A DNA stretch of 55,259 bases, from assembly GCA_964194935.1 (NCBI GenBank), contig CAXMOL010000066.1, positions 1-55,259 of the forward strand, in the 5' to 3' direction. The translations under genes were made by a program, and so were the position numbers. This document shows, one piece after another, positions 9,625 through 19,184 of this stretch (the first letter of the stretch is position 1; every line of letters starts with the position of its first letter). The DNA comes from an uncultured Kiloniellaceae bacterium. Its GTDB lineage: Bacteria; Actinomycetota; Acidimicrobiia; Spongiisociales; UBA11373. The notes under the pieces were generated by a model. The model was not told the DNA's origin. It worked only from the letters and a program-made list of their open reading frames with translations, and searched no databases.

Positions 9625-10391
9625 GAGTCGGTGCGACGCTGCACGATAAGTGCAGCGCGGAAGGCGGGCAGCATCTGATCTGCGAATAGGCGGTGGCCCT
9701 TGTCCCCGGCGTGGAACAGGTCGCCGGCGAAGAGATCGGGGTCGTGCCAAAAAGCGGTAGACATTGGTCCCGTCGTAGGCACCTTTATTGCGTTGGGGAA
9801 CTGCGCCGCGATCGACGCGGCAGCAGAATTGAATCGGGCCGCACGGCGAGTGAATGTCCGTCGCAGTAGCGGCGGCAGCCTTGGGATCGATCCAAGATCG
9901 CCGACGCCGAACACGACGATCGCACCGCTGGTGCGGTCCAACTCGGACACGATGTATTGAATCTCGGCGCGATAGCGATCGGATGGAGTGGCCCGAATCG
10001 CGTCGTTGGCACCCACCGACAAGATCGCGATGTCGGGTTCTAGTCGGACAGCTTCTTCAAGCTGGCTGGCGATCACATCGCGTGCCTTGGAGCCTCCGAC
10101 TGCCACCGACACCAGGTCGACGTGGAACCCGTCGCTGAGAGAGATGGCGATGCGTCGGACCCAGGCGTTGTCGAGGTCTTCGACGCCGGGTGCCGTGATA
10201 GAGGAGTCACCCAGCGCCACAAGCCGTAGCGGCCTCAGCTCGGGGTCTCCGAAAATCCCGTTGGGATCCTGGTTTGGGAAAGAGGGGAGGTCGGGGCGAT
10301 GCGCCGCCCGCAGCACCTGGTAGGCGACGGCACCAGCCATTGCCATCGGAATGGCTGGAAGGGCAGCTAGGACTCGCCTTTTGGTCGACAT
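9621..10391 (-). CDS. SGNH/GDSL hydrolase family protein
   Basis: LGDS block I, GANDA block III and DLFH block V, with an N-terminal hydrophobic anchor. Confidence 0.9.
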   Translation of the reverse strand: MSTKRRVLAALPAIPMAMAGAVAYQVLRAAHRPDLPSFPNQDPNGIFGDPELRPLRLVALGDSSITAPGVEDLDNAWVRRIAISLSDGFHVDLVSVAVGGSKARDVIASQLEEAVRLEPDIAILSVGANDAIRATPSDRYRAEIQYIVSELDRTSGAIVVFGVGDLGSIPRLPPLLRRTFTRRAARFNSAAASIAAQFPNAIKVPTTGPMSTAFWHDPDLFAGDLFHAGDKGHRLFADQMLPAFRAALIVQRRTDS

Positions 10392-10495
10392 GGTCTGGTA
10401 GATGTTATCCGGGGCGTTTGATCTAGCCTTGAGACGATCCGAGGATGGGTGCGGCGCAACAACTCGGTGGACGATGGCATGTGATGGGAGGCTGG

Positions 10496-11527
10496 ATGCG
10501 GCTCGGCTTGGGGGTTGGGTATTCGGCGGTTCGGGTCGAATCGAAGCTCGAACTAGTACAAGAAGCCGATCGGCTCGGCTACCACTCGGTTTGGGCTGCT
10601 GAGGCCTACGGCAGCGATGCCGTCACCATGCTGTCTTGGTACGGAGCCTCCACGAAGCAGATCAAGCTCGGGGCGGGGATTCTGCAGATGCCGGCCCGGA
10701 CTCCGGCCATGACCGCCATGACAGCGGTGACCCTGTCGGAGCTCTCCGGTGGTCGATTCTTGCTCGGACTCGGGTTGTCGGGACCCCAGGTGGTCGAGGG
10801 GTGGCATGGGCGGCCGTACGGAAAGCCGCTCGGCAAGACGCGCGAGTACGTCGAGATAGTGCGCAAGATCATCGAGCGCAAAGAACGGGTCACCCACGAC
10901 GGCGAGCACTACCAACTGCCGTACACCGGACCGGGCTCGACCGGGTTGGGTCGGTCGCTGCGGCTCACCGTCAAGCCATCACATGAAATCCCGATCTATC
11001 TCGCCTCGATCGGGCCGAAGAACGTCGCACTCACCGCTGAGATCGCCGATGGCTGGCTTCCTATCTGGTACAGCCCGCAACACGCACCTGCGGCGTTTGC
11101 GCCTCATTTGGAGGCGGGCTTCGGTCGGTCGGGGGATCCGTCCAAGGCGGCGCGCTTTGACATCGCACCGTCGGTACCGGCAGTCGTCACCGACGATGTC
11201 GACCAGGCGCGGTGGGGGATTCGGCCGATGCTGGCCCTCTATGTGGGCGGCATGGGGGCGAAGGGAAAGAACTTCTACTTCGACTTGGCGTGTCGGTACG
11301 GATACACCGAGCAGGCCACCCGCATCCAAGATCTGTACCTCGACGGAAAGCGGGCCGAGGCCATGGCCGAGATTCCCGACGAGATGGTCGACGAGGTTGC
11401 CCTCATCGGTCCCAAGGAGCGGATTCGTGATTCGCTGGAGATGTGGAAGGAGTCGGGAGTCACCACCCTCGTCGCCATGGTGCAGGACGCCACGACGCTG
11501 CGGACTCTTGCCGAATTGCTGCTCTGA
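10496..11527 (+). CDS. LLM class F420-dependent oxidoreductase
   Basis: [31 protein letters not shown] and [10 protein letters not shown]-like motif. GGGAGG SD lies before the ATG at 10496. Confidence 0.9.
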   Translation: MRLGLGVGYSAVRVESKLELVQEADRLGYHSVWAAEAYGSDAVTMLSWYGASTKQIKLGAGILQMPARTPAMTAMTAVTLSELSGGRFLLGLGLSGPQVVEGWHGRPYGKPLGKTREYVEIVRKIIERKERVTHDGEHYQLPYTGPGSTGLGRSLRLTVKPSHEIPIYLASIGPKNVALTAEIADGWLPIWYSPQHAPAAFAPHLEAGFGRSGDPSKAARFDIAPSVPAVVTDDVDQARWGIRPMLALYVGGMGAKGKNFYFDLACRYGYTEQATRIQDLYLDGKRAEAMAEIPDEMVDEVALIGPKERIRDSLEMWKESGVTTLVAMVQDATTLRTLAELLL

Positions 11528-11530
11528 TCC

Positions 11531-11761
11531 CTAAAACGGGCGGTTTGCTTCGGCGATATCCGCCACGTGCCAGGTGATGGCTGCGACCAGGAAGGCGACC
11601 CCACCCCAGACGGCGGCGGCGATGCTGGCAAATGCCGCGGCGGCAAAGAGCAACCCGGCGCCGGTGAACGCAGTGAGTGTGCTGAGCGCCGACATCGGCC
11701 AACCCAGCCAGTGTGGGACCAGATTCGAGATCCGGTCGATGAGGTCGTTGGGGGAGGACAT
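11531..11761 (-). CDS. Small membrane protein
   Basis: 76 aa with two hydrophobic helices; it fills the gap between convergent and divergent genes. Confidence 0.55.
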   Translation of the reverse strand: MSSPNDLIDRISNLVPHWLGWPMSALSTLTAFTGAGLLFAAAAFASIAAAVWGGVAFLVAAITWHVADIAEANRPF

Positions 11762-11808
11762 CTCGACTCAGGCTACCCGCCGATCACGGCTGGCTACGCT
11801 GCCGATCC

Positions 11809-12810
11809 ATGACAGATCTTGCTGCTGCGGTCGCTGATGGCGATCTCGACGCCCTCATCAGACTCGTTGACGGCTTGTGTTCGTCGCGGGACTGGGCCCG
11901 GATCGTTGAGCTGAGAGATAGGTGCCGTCGCGCCCATGAAGAGCGTGGCCTCCAGTTGTGGCCGGCGGCGGAGTATGCGGAGTATCGGCTCGCTTTGGAA
12001 GGTTCGGGTGAGTTTGCGGCCGGTGTTGTCACAGAAGAGGCCGGCCGGTTCGCCCTGGGACCTCTGTGGGAGGTGGCAGCAAGCACGCATGAGTGGAGCG
12101 CTCTGGCGCCTCACCTTCGGCCCGGACCGGCGCGAGCGTTGGCGGCTCACGAGCGGGCGCTACGAGGCGAGGACCTCGAAGCGGAGCCCGACGTGGATCG
12201 GCATGTGCTCGAGATCCCGTTGCGGGTGCTGGATTGGGAGCCGACCTATTCAGTGGCGAGTTTTCGGGCCGACGACGCCGACTTCGACGCCTTGTCCCCG
12301 CCATCCTTTGCGAAGATCACTCTCCCTGAGCCGGGGGTCGAGATCGCTGACGACGAGTCGATCGAGGCGCTTATCGATATTGGCTCCGTATGGGCGCAGC
12401 AGTCGAACGGAACCGCCACAGCTGTGGCCGTTCACGGGAGCTGCGAAGCGGCGGTTGCCGCGCTCGGTCACGGGCGATGTCTGTTGGTCGACACGACCGT
12501 CGCCGACGCTTTTGCCCGGATTGCCTGGGCCGGCGCCAGCGGTGGCGCCTATGGCAAGAGACGAGGCGGTCCGATGGGTCGGTTTGCCGCGTGGTGGCTG
12601 GGGGCGACTCTGACCGATCTCGAGTGGCCGGTCGACCCGCGGGAGATGGAAACCGCAGTAGGGGAACTGCGGTGGGTGCTGTGGGAGCCGTCGGGATTTA
12701 CCGGCGGTTGGAGCGCCTGTATTGCCGTGGAGTCGCCATCGGAGGGAATCGCCTGGGCGTTGGAGGCGGTCGACTCCTACCGCGAAGAGGACGTCCTCGC
12801 CGAGGCCTAG
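11809..12810 (+). CDS. Conserved actinobacterial hypothetical protein (DUF6183-like)
   Basis: 333-aa ORF with typical codon bias and a TACGCT -10-like box 8 nt before the ATG. The family name is from memory of similar sequences. Confidence 0.6.
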   Translation: MTDLAAAVADGDLDALIRLVDGLCSSRDWARIVELRDRCRRAHEERGLQLWPAAEYAEYRLALEGSGEFAAGVVTEEAGRFALGPLWEVAASTHEWSALAPHLRPGPARALAAHERALRGEDLEAEPDVDRHVLEIPLRVLDWEPTYSVASFRADDADFDALSPPSFAKITLPEPGVEIADDESIEALIDIGSVWAQQSNGTATAVAVHGSCEAAVAALGHGRCLLVDTTVADAFARIAWAGASGGAYGKRRGGPMGRFAAWWLGATLTDLEWPVDPREMETAVGELRWVLWEPSGFTGGWSACIAVESPSEGIAWALEAVDSYREEDVLAEA

Positions 12811-12992
12811 GCGGTGATTCCGGCGGTGGTGGTTGTCGTGGTCCCGATAGGAGTCGTCCGTGGGCTGCAGGTCGACATCAGCGTCAGCATGACGAAGGTC
12901 ACGATTACGAAGAGGGTGATGACGCTGCGGACGGCCGGACGGCGCAGAAAAGGCAGTTGGTTTTCGCCCCATCCGGAGTCATATTGATCCAC
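12807..12992 (-). CDS. Small single-pass membrane protein with a Thr-rich tail
   Basis: 61 aa, one TM segment followed by CSPRTTPIGTTTTTT. Confidence 0.5.
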   Translation of the reverse strand: MDQYDSGWGENQLPFLRRPAVRSVITLFVIVTFVMLTLMSTCSPRTTPIGTTTTTTAGITA

Positions 12993-13006
12993 GGCGAGGA
13001 GGGTAG

Positions 13007-13034
13007 GCAGTGGCCAGTAGCCAGTAGCCAGTAA
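13007..13034. repeat. 7-bp tandem repeat (CCAGTAG)
   Basis: GCAGTGG CCAGTAG CCAGTAG CCAGTAA. Confidence 0.85.
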
Positions 13035-13040
13035 AGAACA

Positions 13041-13124
13041 CTCCCCTCAAGGGGGGAGGGTCAGAAGTAGAGATCACTCTCCCCTTTGGGGGGAGTCAAA
13101 CTCCGCAGGAGTTTGGTGGGGGGC
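13041..13124. repeat. REP-like GC hairpin cluster
   Basis: CTCCCC-TCAAGG-GGGGAG (13041-13058), CTCCCC-TTTGG-GGGGAG (13079-13095) and AAACTCC-GCA-GGAGTTT (13098-13114). Confidence 0.7.
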
Positions 13125-13163
13125 AAATCCGTTTCCATTTCTGACTGGGGACCGATGACGCTG

Positions 13164-13179
13164 TCGAACGTATGTTCGA
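13164..13179. promoter_or_regulatory. LexA (SOS) box, actinobacterial type
   Basis: Perfect palindrome TCGAAC-GTAT-GTTCGA, 15 nt before the dnaE2 ATG and abutting a TAGACT -10-like hexamer. Confidence 0.9.
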
Positions 13180-13194
13180 TAGACTCTTCGCCCC

Positions 13195-16100
13195 ATGCCC
13201 CGCTACGCAGAGCTCCATTGCCACACCAACTACTCGTTTCTCGACGGGGCCTCCAACCCCGGTGATCTCGTCGAGCGTGCCATGGAACTGGGATATGAGG
13301 CGTTGGCGGTCACCGATCACAACGGTTTCTACGGAGCCGCCCGATTCCGGATTACCGCAGCCGAGGTGGGACTACCCACCGTGTACGGAGTGGAAATCGG
13401 ATTGCCCAGAGAGTCATCAGTCATCAGTCATCAGTCATCAGTCAAACCAGTTCTGGCCGAGGACCGAGGACCGAGGACTGAAGACCTGAGGCCCCGCAGG
13501 GGCCGAATCCGAAGAATGCATGGCTCCAAACCGACCGTGCTCCCCGAGACAGACCATCTTGTGCTCCTCGCTCCTGATCCGGCGGGATACTCGGTGTTGT
13601 CGCTTTTGGTCACGAAAGCTCAGTTCCGTGGCGAGAAGGATCGCCCGGTGTATGACGAGACCGATCTGATCGAAGCAGCCGAGCGGGGGAGTCTTGTTGC
13701 GCTCAGCGGATGCCGGAGTGGTGCGGTTCCCCGTGCCGCCGAACGGGGAGACTTCAACGGAGCGCTTGCGGCCGCCATGGAGTTGCAGGAGATCTTTGGC
13801 GACCGATTCTTCCTCGAGGTCTTTCATCACGGGATGCCGGAGGATGATCCTCGCAACGATCTCATCGCCGAGGTCGGTGCCAGGCTCCGGATTCCGCTGG
13901 TTGCCACCAATAACGTCCACTATCACGATCGCTCCCAGGCAGACGTCGCCGAAGTACTCGCCGCCGTCGGAGGGCGTCGGGATCTCGATGCCGGGTATGG
14001 CTACTGGCCGGCGACCGACGAGCGCTATCTGCGCTCACCACAGGAGATGGCACGACGAATGGCTCGTTATCCGGGTTCGGTCGAGCTGGCCGCAGATCTG
14101 GGAAGCGACCTCGCATTCGATCTGACTTTGGTGGCTCCCCGGCTGCCGCATTTCCCGATGCCGGGTTCATTCCGGTCCGAGATGGAGTATCTGAGGCACC
14201 TGACCATGGAGGGCGCCCGCAGGTGTTATCCCGGCAATGGGCCTGGGCTGATCGACCAGGTGGCGATCGATCGGCTCGAACACGAACTGGGCGTGATCGA
14301 GGCGCTTGGATTCCCCGGGTACTTCCTGGTGGTTTGGGACATCGTGCAGTTCGCCCGGAGCCGCGATATCTACTGCCAGATCCGTGGCTCCGGTGCCGAT
14401 TCAGCTGTGTGCCGATGTCTCGATCTCACCAGAGTCGATCCGATTCGTCTCGCGCTTCCCTTTGAACGGTTCCTCTCATCAGAGCGGGGGAGGCCGCCCG
14501 ACATCGACATCGATTTCGAAGCAGAGCGGCGCGAAGAGGTGATCCAGTACTGCTACCAGCGATATGGGCGAGAGCGAGCGGCGATGGTGGCGAACGTCAT
14601 CACGTACCGGGCCCGGTCGGTGTTGCAGGATGTGGGCAAGGCTTTTGGGTTTACCCAGGCGCAGGTGAATGGGCTCACCAAGTATCTCGATACCCGCGAC
14701 GCAAAGTCGATTGGAGAGCAACTTGAGCTCCCCGGCGGAGCAACGGCCGACTTCATTGTCGACATGTGCCGTCGGATCGATGGCTTTCCTCGTCACCTCG
14801 GCATCCATTCGGGCGGGATGGTCATCGCCGACCGTCCCCTGCATGAGACGGTCCCGCTGGAGTGGGGTCGAATGGAGGATCGGACCGTCATGCAATGGGA
14901 CAAGAACGATTGCGCCTCGATGGGAATCGTCAAATTCGATCTGCTCGGTCTCGGGATGCTCAACGCGCTCCACCTCACCGTCGACCTGATCGAGGATGTG
15001 CACGGTCTGAAGCTGGACCTGGCGACGATCCCGCAGGAGCCGATTGTCTACGAGATGCTCACTAAGGCCGACACCGTCGGTGTCTTTCAGGTGGAGTCGC
15101 GGGCTCAGATGGCGACGCTTCCCCGGATGAAACCAAGGACCTTCTACGACCTCGCCGTCGAGGTTGCGCTCATCCGTCCCGGGCCCATCCAGGGTCATTC
15201 CGTCCATCCCTATCTGCGTCGCCGTAACGGCGAAGAGCAGGTGAGGTATCCGCATCCGCTGTCCGAGCCGATCCTGGCCAAGACGCTGGGGGTTCCCGTA
15301 TTCCAGGAGCAGTTGATGGAACTCGCCCGGGTATGTGCCGGGTATACGCCGGGACAGTCTGACCGACTGCGGCAGGCGATGACTCATAAGCGCTCCGACG
15401 AGGAGATGGCAAAGCTTCGCCAGGAGACCTTTGACGGCATGGCACGCACCGGAATCACCGGCGAAGCGGCCATCGAGATCTGGGACAAGCTTCAGGGGTT
15501 TGCGTCGTTCGGATTCCCCGAAAGCCACTCGGTGTCGTTCGCCTACATCGTGTACATGTCATCGTGGCTGAAGTACCGCTGGCCGGCCGAGTTCCTCGCC
15601 GGTCTGTTGAACGCACAACCCATGGGGTTCTACAGCCCCAACTCCCTCGTGCAGGATGCGGCTCGCCACGGAGTGGTCACGCTGGAACCCGACGTCAACG
15701 ACTCCGATTACGACTGCACGATCGTTCCGATCGAAGCCGACCCCAAAGATATTGCTACCTATTACGGAATCACTTGGCGTAGGGGCCGTGGTCCACTCGA
15801 CGATCCGGTGCGGATGGCTACAGGGGTGCGGATGGGACTGCGCTACGTACGCAATCTGGGCGATGCCGAGGTAACGAGAATCGAGGCAGCGCGGTCGATT
15901 GATGGACTGTTCACCTCAGTCGTCAACCTTGCCCAGAGAACTGGGCTTTCGGTCGATGCCCTCGAAGGTCTGGCGGCCTCTGGTGCGCTTGCTTCACTGG
16001 GGGTAGAGCGCCGTGAGGGGCTGTGGGCGGCCGGTGCGTTGGCGGGGATGGGGCCCGGTCATCTTCCGCTCGCCGTCGGTGCTGATTCGCCCCAGTTGTT

Positions 16101-16527
16101 CCCCATGTCTGAGGAGGAGCAGGCGCGGGCAGACCTGTGGTCCACCGGCATATCGGTTCGGCACCCTGTCGAATTCATCCGGGAGCGCCTAACTTCCGAG
16201 GGGTGTGTCTCGATTGCCGATGCACTGGGCAGCAACAAACACGGCAGACGGATTCGGGTTGGGGGGGTGGTTACCCACCGGCAACGTCCGATGACGGCAA
16301 AGGGCGTGATCTTTATCAATCTGGAGGACGAGACGGGCTTGCTAAATGTGATCGTGCTGCCAGAAGTGTGGGCGGCTCAACGTCAGATCGCACGACGCAA
16401 TGTTGGTCTTGTCATCGATGGGGTCTTGGAGCATCGCGATGGAGTGACCAACTTGATAGCCAAGCGTTTCTCGGCATGGCCGGTGGAGGGATTAAGGAGT
16501 CGGGACTGGGCGCGCGGGGTACGGTGA
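13195..16527 (+). CDS. dnaE2: Error-prone DNA polymerase DnaE2 (ImuC)
   Basis: PHP domain (HCHTNYSFLDG), RGSGADS, PDIDIDFE, FASFGFPESH, LLNAQPMGFY and an OB-fold RQRPMTAKGVIFINLEDETG. SOS box upstream. Confidence 0.95.
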   Translation: MPRYAELHCHTNYSFLDGASNPGDLVERAMELGYEALAVTDHNGFYGAARFRITAAEVGLPTVYGVEIGLPRESSVISHQSSVKPVLAEDRGPRTEDLRPRRGRIRRMHGSKPTVLPETDHLVLLAPDPAGYSVLSLLVTKAQFRGEKDRPVYDETDLIEAAERGSLVALSGCRSGAVPRAAERGDFNGALAAAMELQEIFGDRFFLEVFHHGMPEDDPRNDLIAEVGARLRIPLVATNNVHYHDRSQADVAEVLAAVGGRRDLDAGYGYWPATDERYLRSPQEMARRMARYPGSVELAADLGSDLAFDLTLVAPRLPHFPMPGSFRSEMEYLRHLTMEGARRCYPGNGPGLIDQVAIDRLEHELGVIEALGFPGYFLVVWDIVQFARSRDIYCQIRGSGADSAVCRCLDLTRVDPIRLALPFERFLSSERGRPPDIDIDFEAERREEVIQYCYQRYGRERAAMVANVITYRARSVLQDVGKAFGFTQAQVNGLTKYLDTRDAKSIGEQLELPGGATADFIVDMCRRIDGFPRHLGIHSGGMVIADRPLHETVPLEWGRMEDRTVMQWDKNDCASMGIVKFDLLGLGMLNALHLTVDLIEDVHGLKLDLATIPQEPIVYEMLTKADTVGVFQVESRAQMATLPRMKPRTFYDLAVEVALIRPGPIQGHSVHPYLRRRNGEEQVRYPHPLSEPILAKTLGVPVFQEQLMELARVCAGYTPGQSDRLRQAMTHKRSDEEMAKLRQETFDGMARTGITGEAAIEIWDKLQGFASFGFPESHSVSFAYIVYMSSWLKYRWPAEFLAGLLNAQPMGFYSPNSLVQDAARHGVVTLEPDVNDSDYDCTIVPIEADPKDIATYYGITWRRGRGPLDDPVRMATGVRMGLRYVRNLGDAEVTRIEAARSIDGLFTSVVNLAQRTGLSVDALEGLAASGALASLGVERREGLWAAGALAGMGPGHLPLAVGADSPQLFPMSEEEQARADLWSTGISVRHPVEFIRERLTSEGCVSIADALGSNKHGRRIRVGGVVTHRQRPMTAKGVIFINLEDETGLLNVIVLPEVWAAQRQIARRNVGLVIDGVLEHRDGVTNLIAKRFSAWPVEGLRSRDWARGVR
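13412..13486. repeat. Two 7-bp tandem arrays inside the dnaE2 reading frame
   Basis: (AGTCATC)x4.7 at 13412-13444 and (CCGAGGA)x3 + CTGAAGA at 13457-13484. Confidence 0.95.
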
Positions 16528-16588
16528 CCGGGTTCCCAGCGTGTACTAGCGCCGCCTGAGCGGATCGCAACTGGGATTGTCGAGCGGG

Positions 16589-16771
16589 CTATCGCTGCAG
16601 GGTGGGGAGAATGGCCAGGTCGATCTTGTCGGATACGGGGGCGTCTATGTACTCCATGCCGTGGTGCTCGTTGAGGTGGGCGACAGCTTTCTCTCGCGCG
16701 CGCTCGGGAGTGTCACCCTGTGTCTTGATAGTGCAACCCGGAACGATGTGATCGCATACGTACTCGAACAT
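16589..16771 (-). CDS. DUF1059 family small metal-binding protein
   Basis: MFEYVCDHIVPGC...EKAVAHLNEHHGM, a C..C..H..H pattern. AGGAG lies upstream of the ATG at 16771. Confidence 0.75.
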   Translation of the reverse strand: MFEYVCDHIVPGCTIKTQGDTPERAREKAVAHLNEHHGMEYIDAPVSDKIDLAILPTLQR

Positions 16772-17013
16772 GGATCTGATGATCTCCTGATGGATTACGT
16801 TATTAACCATACGATCTAGTTGCGATCCGTGCTCCTGCGACAGCGCGGGCCGCCTGCGACTGCAACCGATTTCGCCCGCGGCTGAACTCGACTCGGGCAA
16901 CCAGCCAATCGTCAGTCGTTGCGGGTGTGCGCTTGTACTCTGCCGTCTCACGGTTGGAGAGGATCAGGCTTCTCCCTCGACGCACCGCACCGGGCGGTGC
17001 AAGCAGGTCTTCC

Positions 17014-17622
17014 ATGCAAGAGCTACTCGCCAACATCGCCGTGGCCGCCGCCACCGTGGCCACGTTGTTCTTTCTCGTGCCGCAGATCACCAAGCTGGTG
17101 CGCACCGGGGATTCTGCCGGCGTCTCGACCACCTGGCCGGCGATCGGGTTCATCAGCAACATCGGCTGGTTCGTGTACTTCGTGCACGAGGCCTTGTGGG
17201 CGTCGATTGTGGCGCCTTTTGGAGCCGCCGCCGGATACACGATCACCTTGTGGGCTCTGGCTCGTACGGGGCGGCCGCTCGGTCCGAGCTATCTCCGCGG
17301 CATTGTGTTCGGCGGGATTCTCGTGGCGACTACCGCGGTGGCAGGTTGGACCTCTCTGGGGGTCGCGCTCGGGCTGTCATTCGGAGTGATGATGGTTCCG
17401 TCTCTGTGGACCGCGTATCGAACTGCCAATCCGTCGGGCATCTCTCCTGGAACGTGGTGGCTGGGCGTTGCAGAGGCGGGGCTCTGGGGTTTCTACGGCT
17501 GGCACCACGGCGACGCCGGAATCATCACGTTCGCAGTTACCGCGTTACTCGGGTCGGCGGGAATGTTGGCCAGGCATGCTGCGACGAGTCGAAGGGCCTT
17601 TGTGGATGGCTATCGGGGGTAG
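17014..17622 (+). CDS. PQ-loop (SemiSWEET/SWEET-like) membrane transporter with two repeats
   Basis: Repeat 1: LVPQITKLVRTGDSAGVS. Repeat 2: MVPSLWTAYRTANPSGIS. About 7 TM segments. Confidence 0.7.
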   Translation: MQELLANIAVAAATVATLFFLVPQITKLVRTGDSAGVSTTWPAIGFISNIGWFVYFVHEALWASIVAPFGAAAGYTITLWALARTGRPLGPSYLRGIVFGGILVATTAVAGWTSLGVALGLSFGVMMVPSLWTAYRTANPSGISPGTWWLGVAEAGLWGFYGWHHGDAGIITFAVTALLGSAGMLARHAATSRRAFVDGYRG

Positions 17623-19064
17623 GACACCGGAGTCGGACTGGACTCGATGTCTTCGGAGGCGACTGCGGCTGAGTCGGCGAGCAGCGGGCGAAGCGTGAGT
17701 GTAAATCGGTTACGGCCTGATCTGAAGCTGTAGGTGAGGTCGCCTCCCATGAGACGCGCCAGATCTCGCGAGACCGGGAGTCCAAGTCCGATCGAGTCGG
17801 GCAACGTGGCCTGGTTCGATCCACTTTGATATCGCTCGAAGATCCGCTCCCGTTGGTCGAGTTCGATCTCATCTCCGTCGTCCCACACCGCCACCTGGAC
17901 CGTCGCTTCGTTCTCGCCAAGCTCGATGCCGATGTTGTCGCCCCCATACCTGAAGGCGTTGGAAACCAGATTGCGCAGGATTTGACGCACTCGAGCGGGC
18001 TCGCCGAGTGCACGTGCCGGTCCTCCTTCAACTGTGATGCGGGCCGCGGCAGGATCGGTCCACGACTTGACTATCCAGGTCACCTGTTCGTCGAGACTCA
18101 CCGGCATTTCGGCCACATGAAGAATGCCGGCGCCGGACCGTGCTGCGACGAGGAGATCTTCGAGCAGCTGGGAGAGATCGCGCCCCTGGCTCGACGTCAA
18201 CATCAATAGCTCGGCTCTTTCAGGTTCAGACAGTTGAGATTCTTGATCGGCGAGTAGGTCGATGAAACCGAGCACGGCGGTCAACGGCGTGCGGATTTCA
18301 TGGCTCACCGAAGCCACCAGTTGGGCGTTGGCACTGACCGATTCTTCAAGAATTCCTTGTTCTCGTCGGTGCCCTTCGGATATCGCGCCTTGCAACACCC
18401 AGATCAACCGGAGCAACAGGGCAGAGAAGATAGCGATTGCCAGAAGACCGATGGTCGTGCTTCGCGCTCCGGTCATCGGCGACCAGGTGGTGTTTGTCGA
18501 AGCAGTGATCGCCACGCCGAGAATCATCAGGGCATACCCACCGACCCACACTGCTCGTCTCAGGGGCAGCAGCATCAAAGCGGTGGCGACAGTCGTCAGG
18601 AAGGGGAGTGGCATCGCCAGGAACGGAACTTGGGCGAAGTACACGCCGGCACCGATCAGGGTGGTGTCGAGGAGGATCGAAAGGAACGGAGACCGGTTGT
18701 TCTGACGTAGGCGGAGGCGCGTCTCGAGATACGCCAGAAAGGCGAGTCCGGCAACCACGAACCCAGGCCACCATCCCCACCAGATCCCCAGACCCACACC
18801 GATTGTCGTCACGGCGTATTGCGCAGGGATCCGATATAGGTACCACTCCTTAGTGAGCTTGGCGTACCCGAATTCGGCCTCGACGGAGGCGGACTCGGAA
18901 GCGACTCGATCAGTCGACGATTCGGATGTTCTTGTGTGGTCTTCCGCGAGAAGAGCCACTTTGATCGGGACCGTAGGCAGGCGACGCCCTTCGCCACCGT
19001 TTTGGGACCCGTCGCCGAGCGACCGATCCTCTTTAGTGTTCCCGATTTGGGCACGCGGGCGCAT
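17610..19064 (-). CDS. Membrane sensor histidine kinase (orphan)
   Basis: About 5 TM segments, H-box SVSHEIRTPLT, N-box RNLVSNAFRY and G2 GLGLPVSR. Start placed at ATG 19064 because the ORF-track ATG at 19094 lies in the promoter motif. Confidence 0.88.
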   Translation of the reverse strand: MRPRAQIGNTKEDRSLGDGSQNGGEGRRLPTVPIKVALLAEDHTRTSESSTDRVASESASVEAEFGYAKLTKEWYLYRIPAQYAVTTIGVGLGIWWGWWPGFVVAGLAFLAYLETRLRLRQNNRSPFLSILLDTTLIGAGVYFAQVPFLAMPLPFLTTVATALMLLPLRRAVWVGGYALMILGVAITASTNTTWSPMTGARSTTIGLLAIAIFSALLLRLIWVLQGAISEGHRREQGILEESVSANAQLVASVSHEIRTPLTAVLGFIDLLADQESQLSEPERAELLMLTSSQGRDLSQLLEDLLVAARSGAGILHVAEMPVSLDEQVTWIVKSWTDPAAARITVEGGPARALGEPARVRQILRNLVSNAFRYGGDNIGIELGENEATVQVAVWDDGDEIELDQRERIFERYQSGSNQATLPDSIGLGLPVSRDLARLMGGDLTYSFRSGRNRFTLTLRPLLADSAAVASEDIESSPTPVSYPR

Positions 19065-19092
19065 CACCTTTTCCCTTCGCTTCTGTGGAATC

Positions 19093-19118
19093 ATCGGTGA
19101 CGCGAACCGATTCTTGAG
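19093..19118 (-). promoter_or_regulatory. Putative FliA/WhiG-type promoter (CTCAAG-N14-ACCGAT)
   Basis: Minus strand CTCAAG aatcggttcgcgtc ACCGAT, 28 nt before the kinase ATG. Confidence 0.65.
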
Positions 19119-19184
19119 TCATCGCAGAGGCGGGCGAGTCAGGCTGGCTGGGGTTCAGTCAAGAACAGAGTCTTCCTGGTGCAC

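Noticed and set aside
10407-10433. CTCAAG-N15-CCGGAT upstream of the SGNH hydrolase
   Set aside because: The -10 matches only 4/6, so it was not counted among the promoter sites. A PWM scan could revisit it.
14479-15528. 349-aa minus-strand ORF inside dnaE2
   Set aside because: It is an antisense shadow with no motifs.
13195-16527. Possible intein in DnaE2
   Set aside because: The 1110-aa length is normal and there are no C...HN splice motifs.
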